DNA from: an uncultured candidate division Zixibacteria bacterium
Lineage (GTDB): Bacteria; Zixibacteria; MSB-5A5; UBA10806; 4484-95
Direction: 5' to 3'
Assembly (NCBI GenBank): GCA_963668625.2
Contig: CAXXKA010000008.1
Coordinates: 448,001 to 512,000, forward strand
DNA length: 64,000 nucleotides
Shown here one piece after another: positions 1-10,392 of this stretch. The stretch's first letter is position 1. Each line of letters starts with the position of its first letter. Under the pieces are notes generated by a model. It worked only from the letters and a program-made list of their open reading frames with translations, ran no database searches and had not been told where the DNA came from. The translations under genes were made by a program, and so were the position numbers.

Positions 1-1008
1 GAAGGCCTTGTCGACCTCATCGAATGGGAACGTGTGTGTGGTCAGCGGTGAGGGATCGACCTTCTTGTTTTTCAGAAGGCGCATCAAGCGATCCATCCTG
101 ACCTTGCCGCCGGGACAGAGGCCGGTTTTGATAATCTTGTTGCTCATGCCTACACCCCATTCCAGGCGCGGGATATTGACATAGTCACCCTCGCCGAAAT
201 AGCCGGCCACCGAGATCACGCCGCCGGGGCAGGTGGCTTTAACGCACGACTCGAACGTGGCCTGTCCACCCAAACATTCGATAGCCGAATCGACACCGAC
301 TCCATCGGTGAGCGCCATGATCTCCTTGATAGCGTCCTTCTCCTTGAAATTGATCACGACATCGGCGCCCATTTGCTTGGCCGTCTCCAGACGGCCGGGT
401 ACGCAGTCAACCCCGATGATGAGTCCGGCGCCACGAAGTTTCGCGCCCACTATGGCCATCAAGCCTACAGGTCCGAGCGCGAACACCGCCACTGTGCCGC
501 CAAGGGGAATATCGGCATTCTCCGCGCCCATGAACCCGGTCGACATCATGTCGGTGGCATACACCGCGATCTCCGGCGGAACGCTATCGGGTATATGCGC
601 TAAGTTAGCCTGGGCATCATTGACATGAAAATACTCGGCAAAGGTGCCATCCTTGATATTGGCGAATTTCCAGCCACCGAGCATCTCGGTACACTGCGAA
701 CTGAAACCGCGCAGGCAGTTATCGCATTTGTAGCAGGGGGTGATAGCGTTGATCGCCACCATATCGCCTTCTTTGAAACCCTTAACCTGGTCGCCCAGCT
801 TATGGATCTTGCCAACTGCTTCGTGGCCAAGCGTTAAATTTTTGCGATTACCAATCGCGCCTTTTACGGTATGAACATCCGAGGTGCAAACCAACCCGTG
901 GGTTGCCTTGATTATGGCATCGTTTGGCCCCGGCTGGGGAATTTCTTTTTCGGCGAAACCGACTTCACCGATTTGTTTCATAACGAATGCCTTCATTTTA
1001 GCACTCAT
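1..1008 (-). CDS. NAD(P)-dependent zinc-binding alcohol dehydrogenase (secondary ADH-like), runs off the window edge
   Basis: Manual translation: MSAKMKAFVMKQIG...CTSDVH...GHEAVG...C-C-C-C Zn loop...DMMSTGF...GPVGL; RBS GGAGG upstream; missing from ORF track because no stop lies in the window. Confidence 0.9.
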   Translation of the reverse strand, partial: MSAKMKAFVMKQIGEVGFAEKEIPQPGPNDAIIKATHGLVCTSDVHTVKGAIGNRKNLTLGHEAVGKIHKLGDQVKGFKEGDMVAINAITPCYKCDNCLRGFSSQCTEMLGGWKFANIKDGTFAEYFHVNDAQANLAHIPDSVPPEIAVYATDMMSTGFMGAENADIPLGGTVAVFALGPVGLMAIVGAKLRGAGLIIGVDCVPGRLETAKQMGADVVINFKEKDAIKEIMALTDGVGVDSAIECLGGQATFESCVKATCPGGVISVAGYFGEGDYVNIPRLEWGVGMSNKIIKTGLCPGGKVRMDRLMRLLKNKKVDPSPLTTHTFPFDEVDKAF

Positions 1009-1296
1009 TATGTCCTCCAATAGTTTTATTAGTGATTATATAATACCCGTCCCGACCGTGGAACAGGTGTGGTATTTTGATTTCGTACTTATCCAAGAGT
1101 CCCCCATAAAACCCTTTTTTAAAGCCGCCTGAATAAAGGAATTTAAAAATAGATGTCAAGTTAAATCGGATGGTTTTTTATCAGTATTTTTCTGATGTAA
1201 CGGAGGCGGATAAATCCGGGATACATAATACTGGAAATTGAGAAAATACCTGCTCAGGGTTGGTTTTTGGGATGATTTCTTCGAGTGAAAATCCAA

Positions 1297-1378
1297 ACGA
1301 GCGGAGCGAAGTAATCCGTATGTTTATTGCCAATGGCTTACAGATCGCTTCGTTTGTTTCACTACCTCGCTATGACAT
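1297..1378. repeat. Dispersed palindromic repeat of the 'cattgcgag...gcaatc / gattgcttcg...ctcgcaatgac' type; related degenerate copies near 26222-26262, 37475-37507, 49346-49418, 63620-63696
   Basis: Shared degenerate motifs seen by eye in several intergenic regions. Confidence 0.5.
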
Positions 1379-1524
1379 CGATGATGACTTCTTCAACAAT
1401 CCTTTCTGCGAGAATACATTAAGAAACCTTTCCGCCTAACAATATCATTGACAGTTGTAAATGGTTATACGATATAATCACATAATGAGACGAAGGTATA
1501 AAGAATCTAAAATATTTAGTAGCG

Positions 1525-2331
1525 ATGTTCAAACTTAAATCATTTATGACTATTCTCGCAATCATCATAGTGGGCGGCTACCTGGGTATCACCCTCGAGA
1601 TGTACCTTCTGCAGGATAGACTCATCTTCTTCCCGCAGAAACTCACCCCTACCTCATTGCCTGTTATCAGTTTCAAGGCGGATGAGATCATGATGGAAAG
1701 CAATAGCGTAACTCTTCACGGCTGGTTGCTAAACAGGGGAGAGGCTAAGCTTATCATCTACTACGGCGGCAACGGTGATGAGCTATCGCACAACATCCCC
1801 GACCTGAACAATATCGAGGGCTACTCCATCCTGCTATTGAACTACCGAGGCTATGGCCTAAGCGAGGGCAAGCCGGGCGAGGCGGCACTTTTTGAGGATG
1901 CGCTAAACGCGTATGATCATATCACGGCTAAGTTAAATATCGCGCCGGAGCATATCGTTCTTATGGGTAGAAGTCTCGGCAGCGGTGTGGCAACCTATGT
2001 CGCCTCGCAAAGGCCGGTATCGAAACTGATACTGGTAACGCCGTTCGATAGTGTCGAGCGTATCGCCAAAAACCAGTTCCCGATACTCCCCGTTGGCCTG
2101 ATACTAAAGCACAGGTTCAACTCGCTCGAATACGCGAAGAGTATAACCTGCCCGGCGCTTTTCATAATAGCCGGCGGTGATAGAACCATCCCCAACAGCC
2201 ACTCGATGAACCTGGCCAACAACTGGCGTGGTGAACACGAGGTAGTGAGAATCGATCAGGCAGATCATAACGATATATCAGATTATGAGGAATACTGGCA
2301 GGCGATTGAACATTTTTTGAATAGAATGTAA
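1525..2331 (+). CDS. Alpha/beta hydrolase (ABHD13/Bem46-like) with N-terminal membrane anchor
   Basis: YRGYG, GRSLG nucleophile elbow, D..IP and HND catalytic motifs. Confidence 0.9.
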   Translation: MFKLKSFMTILAIIIVGGYLGITLEMYLLQDRLIFFPQKLTPTSLPVISFKADEIMMESNSVTLHGWLLNRGEAKLIIYYGGNGDELSHNIPDLNNIEGYSILLLNYRGYGLSEGKPGEAALFEDALNAYDHITAKLNIAPEHIVLMGRSLGSGVATYVASQRPVSKLILVTPFDSVERIAKNQFPILPVGLILKHRFNSLEYAKSITCPALFIIAGGDRTIPNSHSMNLANNWRGEHEVVRIDQADHNDISDYEEYWQAIEHFLNRM

Positions 2332-2412
2332 TTATTGAAATAATATGACCGGGAGTTGTTCTTGTCTGTTGAATTCATCGCCTGGCATCTGCCTCTCAGA
2401 GGCATATATGGA

Positions 2413-2590
2413 GAGGCTGTCCCAAAAGCCGTTATGAATCTTTGTTCCAATTGATATTTTATCTTTTCGTAGCGACAGATCACTGATCTGTTCGAATCCC
2501 CCGCTTAGAACAGGCCCCCTATCCCCCCGGACAGCACTGGTGTGATTGTCCCTACATCCGCCCAACGTAAAAAACCTTTGGGACAGCCTC
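2413..2590. mobile_element. MITE-like element (178 bp) with 14-bp perfect terminal inverted repeats
   Basis: GAGGCTGTCCCAAA at 2413 and TTTGGGACAGCCTC ending at 2590; no transposase ORF inside. Confidence 0.65.
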
Positions 2591-2872
2591 AGGACGCGTG
2601 CCTCCCATAAATAGAATTCAGCATTTAGTATTGATAATACTTGAATATTTGTCAGCTTGCGGTTTATTATTATTGGAGGAGGTGATGGCGCTCAGCAGGT
2701 ATAACAGGCCTATCGGTGACGGGGATAATATGGAGGCTGTAATACTTGTATGGTCACGGGGAGTAAAATATCCCCAACGACTTCTAAATCCTCCCGCTTT
2801 TTTACTTGCGCTCGGGGATTTAATACCTATATTGGAAATCTGTTTTTGGAATAAAAATGTAGGTAAAATGAG

Positions 2873-3028
2873 ATGAAAAGAACCTTTCAACCATCAAATA
2901 GAAAACGGGTCAACGATCACGGTTTTCGCAAACGTATGTCGACTAAGGCCGGCCGTAACGTATTGAAGAGACGTCGTGCCAAAGGACGAAAAAGACTTAC
3001 AGTCTCCGACGAACCGCGCCATCCGTAG
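2873..3028 (+). CDS. rpmH: 50S ribosomal protein L34
   Basis: Manual translation [51 protein letters not shown]; below ORF-track size cut-off. Confidence 0.97.
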   Translation: MKRTFQPSNRKRVNDHGFRKRMSTKAGRNVLKRRRAKGRKRLTVSDEPRHP

Positions 3029-3362
3029 TAACGCATCCGATCTGAGGTTCCCCCGCGCTAACCATCTGAAGGGCAGAACCGCTATTCGCCAGACTATTGT
3101 CAAAGGCGTGCGTTACCGCGGAAAATGGCTAGGTGTGTCAGCCATCAAGGGGGAGACATCCAGGTTTGGTATTAGTATATCCCGGAAATTCGGCAAAGCG
3201 GTCAGACGAAATCGCGTGAAACGAATTATACGGGAATTTCTGCGGAACAACAAGGCGCTCTGGCCGGTAAACAGGTGGATAATGATCAGATTATTCTCCG
3301 ATCCGGCGGATGAAACCGTGATAACCGAGGAACTGAGGGCTTTACTGTCGAAGGTGAAATGA
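2976..3362 (+). CDS. rnpA: Ribonuclease P protein component (true start uncertain)
   Basis: [21 protein letters not shown] motif; position between rpmH and yidD. Confidence 0.9.
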   Translation: MPKDEKDLQSPTNRAIRSNASDLRFPRANHLKGRTAIRQTIVKGVRYRGKWLGVSAIKGETSRFGISISRKFGKAVRRNRVKRIIREFLRNNKALWPVNRWIMIRLFSDPADETVITEELRALLSKVK

Positions 3363-3583
3363 TAGCTGTACTGTCAAAGATACTGGCCGGGTTAGTCCGG
3401 ATTTATCAGCTTACCTTGAGCCACGCGTTCCCGAATAGCTGCCGCTATTACCCGTCATGCTCCGAATATACCCGTCAGGCTATACTGATTAAAGGCCCGG
3501 TAAAGGGCATCGGTATGGGCGCCTGGCGCATCCTCAGATGCAATCCCTGGAGCAAGGGCGGCTACGACCCGGTAGAGAAGTAG
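3359..3583 (+). CDS. yidD: Membrane protein insertion efficiency factor
   Basis: CRYYPSCSEY...RILRCNPWSKGGYDPV. Confidence 0.95.
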   Translation: MIAVLSKILAGLVRIYQLTLSHAFPNSCRYYPSCSEYTRQAILIKGPVKGIGMGAWRILRCNPWSKGGYDPVEK

Positions 3584-3587
3584 GTAT

Positions 3588-5318
3588 ATGGATAAAAGAT
3601 CGATAATGGGATTCCTCCTGATTATGGTCATTCTTATTTTATGGCCATATTGGAATAAGCTGTTTTTCAAGGATGATCCTCAGCCGGTGCAAACCGTGCA
3701 ATCAACCGATAGCACGGAAGTTGCCGACAGGACACTGTCAACCGACACGATGCCGGAAAGCCCGATAGTCAACCCGAATGCCAAACCCTCAACGATGGGC
3801 GAGGTTGAACCTGATAAACAGGCCTCAATGGTTGCGCCGGCAAGCAGGCCCGAAAAAGCTGTCACTGTCGAAAACGAGGATTTCATCGTGACAATGTCCT
3901 CTAACGGCGGATTGATTAAGTCCATTAAATTGAAAAACTATTTTATAGAAAACGGCACGGACGGCGATAACCTGGTCGAACTGTTGGCCCCGGAGGAGCG
4001 TAATCCGTGGAATGTCCCGGGTGCGATTACACTCGGTGATGAAGACAGAATCCTGCCGATAAATAGAACCGGGTTCGAGGTTGAGGGCTACTCTACTGTT
4101 CTTCATGTGGGTGATTCGCCGAAAACCATATCATTTACGTTTAGCGATTCAGCTACCGGCGCGATGGTACGAAAAGATTACACGTTCCAGCCGGAAAAAT
4201 ACCAGATTAAGTTCAGGCTGACAGTCGAAAATCCAGCAGCATTCGGCTTTGATGATAAAATCACTGTTGGCTGGATGGTACCGAGCTGGCCCACTGAGAA
4301 AGATTTCAAAGGTGATCTAGATCAGTTCGGCGGTTTCTACAATATGGGCGGCGAGGTTGTTGACAATAAAGATTTAAAAGAAGGCAAGCTGGATTTAGCA
4401 GCCACAGGCGCTACGGAGTGGGTGGCAAATCGCACCAAGTATTTCACCAATGTTATTGTCGCTCAGGGCGATCCGGGTGATGAGATATATGTAAAGGGCG
4501 CACAGTCGAAAGTATTTGATTACGAGGGTAAAAGCCATAGCTGGGAGCAGTACGGTGTCGGCCTAACTTACGATATCCGCGGGAATTCGTTCCAGGAGGA
4601 TTTCCTGATCTACTCCGGCCCGCTAAATTATTACAGCCTGGATGAGCTGGGGCATAATCTCAGCCAGTTGGTTGATATGGGCTGGAAAGTATTCCGCCCG
4701 TTCGCTATCGGCATACTCTGGATACTGGTCCAGCTTCAGAGCCTGCTGGGTAATTTCGGTGTGGTGATTATCATATTCTCGCTGGTGATGAAAATAGTGT
4801 TCTGGCCGCTTACTCAGAAAAGCTCCCGGTCAATGATGCAGATGAAGGAGCTTCAGCCGAAGTTATCGGAAGTTAAAGAAAAATTCAGCAAGGATCCCAA
4901 GCGCCTCAACGAGGAGACCATGAAGATATACAAAGAACATGGTTTCAACCCGTTCGGTTCGTGCTTACCCATACTCGTTCAAATGCCGATTTTCTGGGCG
5001 TTGTTTTCGGTACTGCGTAACTCGATCGAGCTGCGCGCGGCCGAGTTCGTGTTCTGGATCACCGACCTTTCGCAGAAAGATCCCACCTGGGTGTTACCGA
5101 TATTTATGGGCCTGGCGATGTTCTTCCAGCAGAAAATGACTATCACCGATCCCAAGCAGAAGATGATGGCGTATATCATGCCGGTGGTATTCGTATTTAT
5201 ATTCGGCTCGATGGCCTCCGGGTTGGTCTTGTACTGGACAGTATTCAGCGTAGTAGGCGTAGGCGAGCAGATACTGGTAAAGCGCAAGATGGAAAGAGAG
5301 AAGCTGGCAAAAGCCTGA
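3588..5318 (+). CDS. yidC: Membrane protein insertase YidC
   Basis: N-terminal TM, periplasmic domain, GCLP-like SCLPILVQMPIF, WITDLS, GLVLYW motifs; synteny. Confidence 0.97.
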   Translation: MDKRSIMGFLLIMVILILWPYWNKLFFKDDPQPVQTVQSTDSTEVADRTLSTDTMPESPIVNPNAKPSTMGEVEPDKQASMVAPASRPEKAVTVENEDFIVTMSSNGGLIKSIKLKNYFIENGTDGDNLVELLAPEERNPWNVPGAITLGDEDRILPINRTGFEVEGYSTVLHVGDSPKTISFTFSDSATGAMVRKDYTFQPEKYQIKFRLTVENPAAFGFDDKITVGWMVPSWPTEKDFKGDLDQFGGFYNMGGEVVDNKDLKEGKLDLAATGATEWVANRTKYFTNVIVAQGDPGDEIYVKGAQSKVFDYEGKSHSWEQYGVGLTYDIRGNSFQEDFLIYSGPLNYYSLDELGHNLSQLVDMGWKVFRPFAIGILWILVQLQSLLGNFGVVIIIFSLVMKIVFWPLTQKSSRSMMQMKELQPKLSEVKEKFSKDPKRLNEETMKIYKEHGFNPFGSCLPILVQMPIFWALFSVLRNSIELRAAEFVFWITDLSQKDPTWVLPIFMGLAMFFQQKMTITDPKQKMMAYIMPVVFVFIFGSMASGLVLYWTVFSVVGVGEQILVKRKMEREKLAKA

Positions 5319-5375
5319 GAATGCGAATAGTATAGGAATCGATTTAGTTCGATATAGAAATAGATAGAGAAGTTT

Positions 5376-5406
5376 AAAAATCCCCGAGCCATCGGGGATT
5401 TTTTTT
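5376..5406 (+). terminator. Rho-independent terminator after yidC (bidirectional-type)
   Basis: AAAAATCCCCGA-GCCA-TCGGGGATTTTTTTT. Confidence 0.8.
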
Positions 5407-5605
5407 ATGGGTGATGGAATGGCGCGTAGGGGCGTATCGACATACGCTTGGGGATTGGGGAAAGGAGGGATATCAATTCCAGTACGCCTCCATAAATTGT
5501 TTTGCTACGAAGTATTTGACAAAAGCGCATGTCTTGACTATTATGAAATGAGTATCTGATAAAATTAAGCATCAATCTGATAGTAGAGCATCGTTAGGGG
5601 CTAAG

Positions 5606-7807
5606 TTGAATAAAATACTTAAGTGGATTGTCAGACATATACTTCCTAAAGCGATATGGGTAGCTATTCCATATTTGGTGATCTATAATCCATTAATCTA
5701 TTACGCTTATCAATCGGAAATTATTAGCGGTAGTATCTTGCTGGTGATTTTATTGTTTATCCTGGATTTCTATTTATTCTATAGAAAAAGAATTACCGAT
5801 TTTAAATCTCATTTCGATCATTATAAACCAGTTAAAAAGCTACGGCCGGAGGATATTGGAATTCAAAAATACCCTTCATATATAGAAAGAGAAAGCGATG
5901 ATCAAGTTCTAGAGATGTTGAGAAGTAGAAATATAGCTTTTATAACTGGCATTCCAGGTATGGGAAAAAGCCGGGCTACATATGAAGCTGCTAAAACTAT
6001 GAATGGCTATTATGCTCTAATACCAGAAAAGGGAAGAAGGATCGAGCTAAATAAGATAAAGGAACCGCTATTATTTAGTAGAAAAAGGGTATTATTAGTA
6101 ATTGATGATTTAGATAAACATGCAGGTAATATTGATCTTGATAGTTTGATAAGCAGATTAAGGAGAAAGTGCAAAGAGCTTAAGGTCATAGTGAACTGCC
6201 GAAGCGGCCATGAATATGAACAAGCAGCAATAAAAGAAAAGCAATTTGAATACCTTCTAACAGATTGTGATAAGAATAAAACAGAACCAAGAAAGCTTAC
6301 TGATCAAGAAGAGAATCGATTAATTAAGGAAACGGGGGAAAATGCAGAAGATGTTCAAAGGGATGGTACTCCCGGAGCAATTGTTAATAAACTCAAGGGT
6401 ATGAAAAGCAGATATAACGAACTTGAAAACGAACCGAGATGGATATTACACATCTTAAAACTACTTCGTGAGAGCAATATATTCTCATGGGACGAGAAGT
6501 TAATTAGGAACATTGGGAAAAGTGATTTATTTAGTATGCAGGATAATAATTCGCTATGGAACCAATGGCTTAATATTCTAAAAACACAGGGCTTTATTGT
6601 ACGTAGTGATGGTGAAGTAGAAATATCCCATGATACTTATCTAAGTGAATATTTTATAGAGGATTATGAAGTAACTGCTAATAAAATACTTCAATTAAAG
6701 GATATATTTGTCAAGTCAAATGATGAAATTAATTTATTCTATTTGGCCAATGGATTTTATTATAAAGGAGATATTGAAACTGCTATAGGGATACTAAAAA
6801 AGGTTATCAATATTAATTCAAAAATGGCAGAGGCTCACTACAACCTCGGCGTTTTGCAAAATCAGTTAGAACGTAATGATGAAGCGGAGCACTCGTATAA
6901 AGAAGCCATCCGTTGCGATCCTAATAAGGTAGAGGCTCACTACAATCTCGGCGTTTTGCTAAATCAGTTAGAACGTCATGATGAAGCGGAACAGTCGTAT
7001 AAAGAAGCCATCCGTTGCGATCCTAATAAGGCAGAGGCTCACTACAACCTCGGCGTTTTGCAAAATCAGTTAGAACGTTATGATGAAGCGGAACACTCGT
7101 ATAAAGAAGCCATCCGTTGCGATCCTAATGATGCATCTGCTCACTACAACCTCGGCGTTTTGCTCGATGATTTAGAACGTTATGATGAAGCGGAACACTC
7201 GTATAAAGAAGCCATCCGTTTCGATCCTAATAAGGCAGAGGCTCACTACAACCTCGGCGTTTTGCTTGATGATTTAGAACGTTATGATGAAGCGGAACAC
7301 TCGTATAAAGAAGCCATCCGTTGCGATCCTAATAAGGCAGAGGTTCACTCCAACCTCGGCGTTTTGCTATATCAGTTAGAACGTTATGATGAAGCGGAAC
7401 ACTCGTATAAAGAAGCCATCCGTTTCGATCCTAATAAGGCAGAGGCTCACTACAACCTCGGCGTTTTGCTTGATGATTTAGAACGTTATGATGAAGCGGA
7501 ACACTCGTATAAAGAAGCCATCCGTTGCGATCCTAATGATGCAGAGGCTCACTCCAACCTCGGCGTTTTGCTTGATGATTTAGAACGTTATGATGAAGCG
7601 GAACACTCGTATAAAGAAGCCATCCGTTGCGATCCTAATAAGGCAGAGGCTCATGCGAATTTGGGAATATTATATACTAACCTGAAGAATATTAGAGCTG
7701 CCAAAGATAAGCTGTTAGAGGCCCGTCAGCTTTTTGCAAATCAGGGGCGGAATGAGGATGTTGAAAAGATAAATGATATCTTAAATAACCTGGATAACTT
7801 GGAGTAG
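5606..7807 (+). CDS. Membrane-anchored P-loop NTPase (STAND/NLR-like) with C-terminal TPR array
   Basis: Two N-terminal hydrophobic helices, Walker A GIPGMGKS, Walker B LLVIDD, then ~10 TPR-like units; low GC. Confidence 0.75.
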   Translation: MNKILKWIVRHILPKAIWVAIPYLVIYNPLIYYAYQSEIISGSILLVILLFILDFYLFYRKRITDFKSHFDHYKPVKKLRPEDIGIQKYPSYIERESDDQVLEMLRSRNIAFITGIPGMGKSRATYEAAKTMNGYYALIPEKGRRIELNKIKEPLLFSRKRVLLVIDDLDKHAGNIDLDSLISRLRRKCKELKVIVNCRSGHEYEQAAIKEKQFEYLLTDCDKNKTEPRKLTDQEENRLIKETGENAEDVQRDGTPGAIVNKLKGMKSRYNELENEPRWILHILKLLRESNIFSWDEKLIRNIGKSDLFSMQDNNSLWNQWLNILKTQGFIVRSDGEVEISHDTYLSEYFIEDYEVTANKILQLKDIFVKSNDEINLFYLANGFYYKGDIETAIGILKKVININSKMAEAHYNLGVLQNQLERNDEAEHSYKEAIRCDPNKVEAHYNLGVLLNQLERHDEAEQSYKEAIRCDPNKAEAHYNLGVLQNQLERYDEAEHSYKEAIRCDPNDASAHYNLGVLLDDLERYDEAEHSYKEAIRFDPNKAEAHYNLGVLLDDLERYDEAEHSYKEAIRCDPNKAEVHSNLGVLLYQLERYDEAEHSYKEAIRFDPNKAEAHYNLGVLLDDLERYDEAEHSYKEAIRCDPNDAEAHSNLGVLLDDLERYDEAEHSYKEAIRCDPNKAEAHANLGILYTNLKNIRAAKDKLLEARQLFANQGRNEDVEKINDILNNLDNLE
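6827..7642 (+). repeat. Eight tandem near-identical 102-bp repeats, each encoding one 34-aa TPR
   Basis: Unit gcagaggctcactacaacctcggcgttttg...gatcctaataag repeated 8 times plus a partial ninth. Confidence 0.95.
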
Positions 7808-7916
7808 TAGCATACGAATCCCCTCTCATAAACTTTGCCGTTGCCTCAAACCGTTTTTTCCGTATCTCAACATCATTGAAAAAACCATAGTAAAGCCGTA
7901 AGGATATATAACTAGA

Positions 7917-8017
7917 AAAGAAGTCAAGCCCCAAGTAGGCTTGACCTCATGATGAATGATATGTTTGTGGCCGACAGACGTCTTCGTCTGCCGTATATAG
8001 ATAAATGGAATAAGCTT
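7917..8017 (+). repeat. ~101-bp direct repeat, copy 1 (copy 2 at 10291-10391)
   Basis: 11 mismatches in 101 nt by manual alignment; contains palindromes gtcaagcc-ccaagta-ggcttgac and cagacg-tctt-cgtctg. Confidence 0.85.
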
Positions 8018-8404
8018 CACTGAGCTGGAAGGAATCCTTTCCTTCCAGCTGAATTCATGCAGAATGTCGCCAGGAAAGGATAAACAAAGGACTTAGTCCG
8101 TCCAGCGACTCATGCAAATGACTTTTTCAATAACCCCAACAGGTGAAAGAAACCAGCAACTAATTAGATAGCTGAATAACCGAAATGTTTTGACCGGCAG
8201 AATTTCTCGCCTGCTGTTTTGTGAATATGGGAGAATGAGTTAATATTGATGCCAAACCTCAAATAAAGTGAGATGGGAGAACATAGTTGTTATACTCATT
8301 TTAGAATTTGAAAGTAGATGATGGTAAAACCCAGAAGTATTCGGTTTCGGATAGCTTTCTCCGGGAATGCGGTAATAATAGTATAAAAGCTGAAAGGCCG
8401 GATG

Positions 8405-9400
8405 CTAGCACTGATGGCTGGTTGAAATATCGGTATTTTTGTTTTTCACCAGACTCTTTAAACCATCAGGAGATATACCCGCTCTGTATTTTGAAAAGCT
8501 TATTCCATTTAAGGTCGCCTGATAGTTTCTGGTTCTAAAATAATATTTAAAGAGAAATGGTATTATGCATAATAACGGAAAAAACCACTTTAGAGCATAA
8601 CTCCCTTTTTGAAGCCAAATATCTTTTCGACCACAATAGCAGCTAATATCGGGAAGTATAATATTACCGGATCGATCATAATACTTTGAAATTCTCTTTG
8701 CGTAATACTCTTTCGTATTACTCGCAGGTGTGAATTCACCGTTTATATAGTAAGGTATTACTAAGTCAATATTGTTTTGAATCGTTTCCAAATCAAATGG
8801 GATTACTATGCCAAAATCAGGATCAATTATATACCAGGAGAGGTCATCACTTAGTACGGTTACTACTATGTGTCCCTGAAGACAAACCAGTCTTGCTTCG
8901 ATATTAGATGATTTTAAGATATCTATCGCGGCCAGGCTATGTTGCGAGCAAAGCCCAAAGCCTCTTTCCAGAGCTTTTTTGTAATCTACAAGTTCATATC
9001 CCATGCCATCATTGGGAGGGAAAAGCAAATGTGCTATATACATTATATAATTTTCCCAGAGCGGTATGCGCCGTTGATAATAGTTATCTTCCGTATCATC
9101 GTTCCAATAATGCGCCATGCTGTTGAATACCAGTTTGCTAATTCGTTTAACATAATCTTCATTAGATTCCTGTTCGAGTTTAATACATTTACTGATTGCT
9201 CTTCCGTAGTCTATGATTATATCATTTTTGAAAAGACATTTATTATCGAAAAGTATGGAAGGATTTCTTAGTGATTTGAATTGTCCAAAGACACATATCA
9301 GTAATAAGAATGTCCCGAATATAGCAAGTATATTGATGCAATTATTTTTATTCATTTTATTATATTTGGTTTTTGGTTTAGATCCCCAATCTTTTAACAC
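8405..9400 (-). CDS. Membrane protein with transglutaminase-like Cys-His-Asp domain (start may be ATG 9355)
   Basis: GLCSQHS...GHIVVTV...WYIIDPDFG; N- and C-terminal TM segments; low GC. Confidence 0.6.
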   Translation of the reverse strand: MLKDWGSKPKTKYNKMNKNNCINILAIFGTFLLLICVFGQFKSLRNPSILFDNKCLFKNDIIIDYGRAISKCIKLEQESNEDYVKRISKLVFNSMAHYWNDDTEDNYYQRRIPLWENYIMYIAHLLFPPNDGMGYELVDYKKALERGFGLCSQHSLAAIDILKSSNIEARLVCLQGHIVVTVLSDDLSWYIIDPDFGIVIPFDLETIQNNIDLVIPYYINGEFTPASNTKEYYAKRISKYYDRSGNIILPDISCYCGRKDIWLQKGSYALKWFFPLLCIIPFLFKYYFRTRNYQATLNGISFSKYRAGISPDGLKSLVKNKNTDISTSHQC

Positions 9401-9783
9401 GAAATTACAGGCAACAATATAAACTTAAGGAAAAAAACGGTATCGAGACATGATCAGCGAGAGGTAGGCAATTCCAAATGGGCTCGAATAGTTTATCCCG
9501 ACAAACTGTTTCTTACTAGCCTGGTAATGTTTCTATAAGCATATTTTATTTTTAGCCGAGTATCATTCCCCCAATCGGTATCTCAGCCGGAAAGAAAACA
9601 CTTATTAACCAGTATCACGAAAAGAGCTATTTTCGTTTAAAAGAGCACAACCCAGAAATATTTATTTTTCAAGCCGATATCTTAACAGGAGTGCGCGATA
9701 GTTCTCAGTCAAATTTCTAATAATATTAATTTATCATCAGAGCTATTCTTGATTGTTTAAACAGTATTGCTATAATTGAAGCA

Positions 9784-9800
9784 CGCAAAAATAATGCCAA
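9784..9800 (-). promoter_or_regulatory. Putative sigma54 -24/-12 promoter
   Basis: Minus strand TTGGCATTATTTTTGCG (GG-N10-GC), facing 8405-9400. Confidence 0.4.
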
Positions 9801-10290
9801 TAGAGGGCGATATAGAATATAGCTTATAGTTGCTTATGTTGTACTGGATTGCATAGAGCAAGTTTATCGATTTACATTTATCAAAATATTAATCTGTTCA
9901 GAATCCAATCAGTATATGAAAGTAGCTGCAGTATAAATATAGCCAGTGTCCTACCGAAGATATTGTGAACCGGAAAGATGTACTCAAAGCGATAAAGCGC
10001 AATAGTAAATACTAATATTCATACGATTGTCGCTCGATACTATATATGAAATACCTCCAGGCCGCTAAAGAGCGATTACTATAAACACGATGACTTTTTG
10101 TAGACCAGGCAAACGCCGGTGGAGAAAATTAAATGGATCATTCCTTGAAAATTACAGAAAATCCTGACTAGATAGTATATTGCCCTGGTTAAATTTTGCC
10201 ATTGCCTAAAAATGTTTTATCAGTATCTTAACATCGTTATATAAAGTATAGTAAAGTCGTCAGTGTTGAATGACGAACGATAAAAGTAAA

Positions 10291-10391
10291 AAAGAAGTCA
10301 GGCCCCAAGTAGGCTTGACGCCATGATGAATGAAATGTTTGTGGCTGGCAGATGTCCTCGTCTGCCGCATATAGATAAACGGAATAAACTT
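10291..10391 (+). repeat. ~101-bp direct repeat, copy 2, ending 1 nt before the mnmE start codon
   Basis: Aligns to 7917-8017. Confidence 0.85.
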
Positions 10392-10392
10392 A

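Noticed and set aside
233-1132. Plus-strand ORFs 233-628, 373-603, 625-837, 884-1132 and minus ORF 600-830
   Set aside because: Shadows of the minus-strand alcohol dehydrogenase gene
2488-2505. tRNA T-loop-like GTTCGAATCC
   Set aside because: No cloverleaf or acceptor stem; lies inside the MITE
6827-7642. CRISPR-like repeat
   Set aside because: Contiguous in-frame 102-bp coding units without unique spacers
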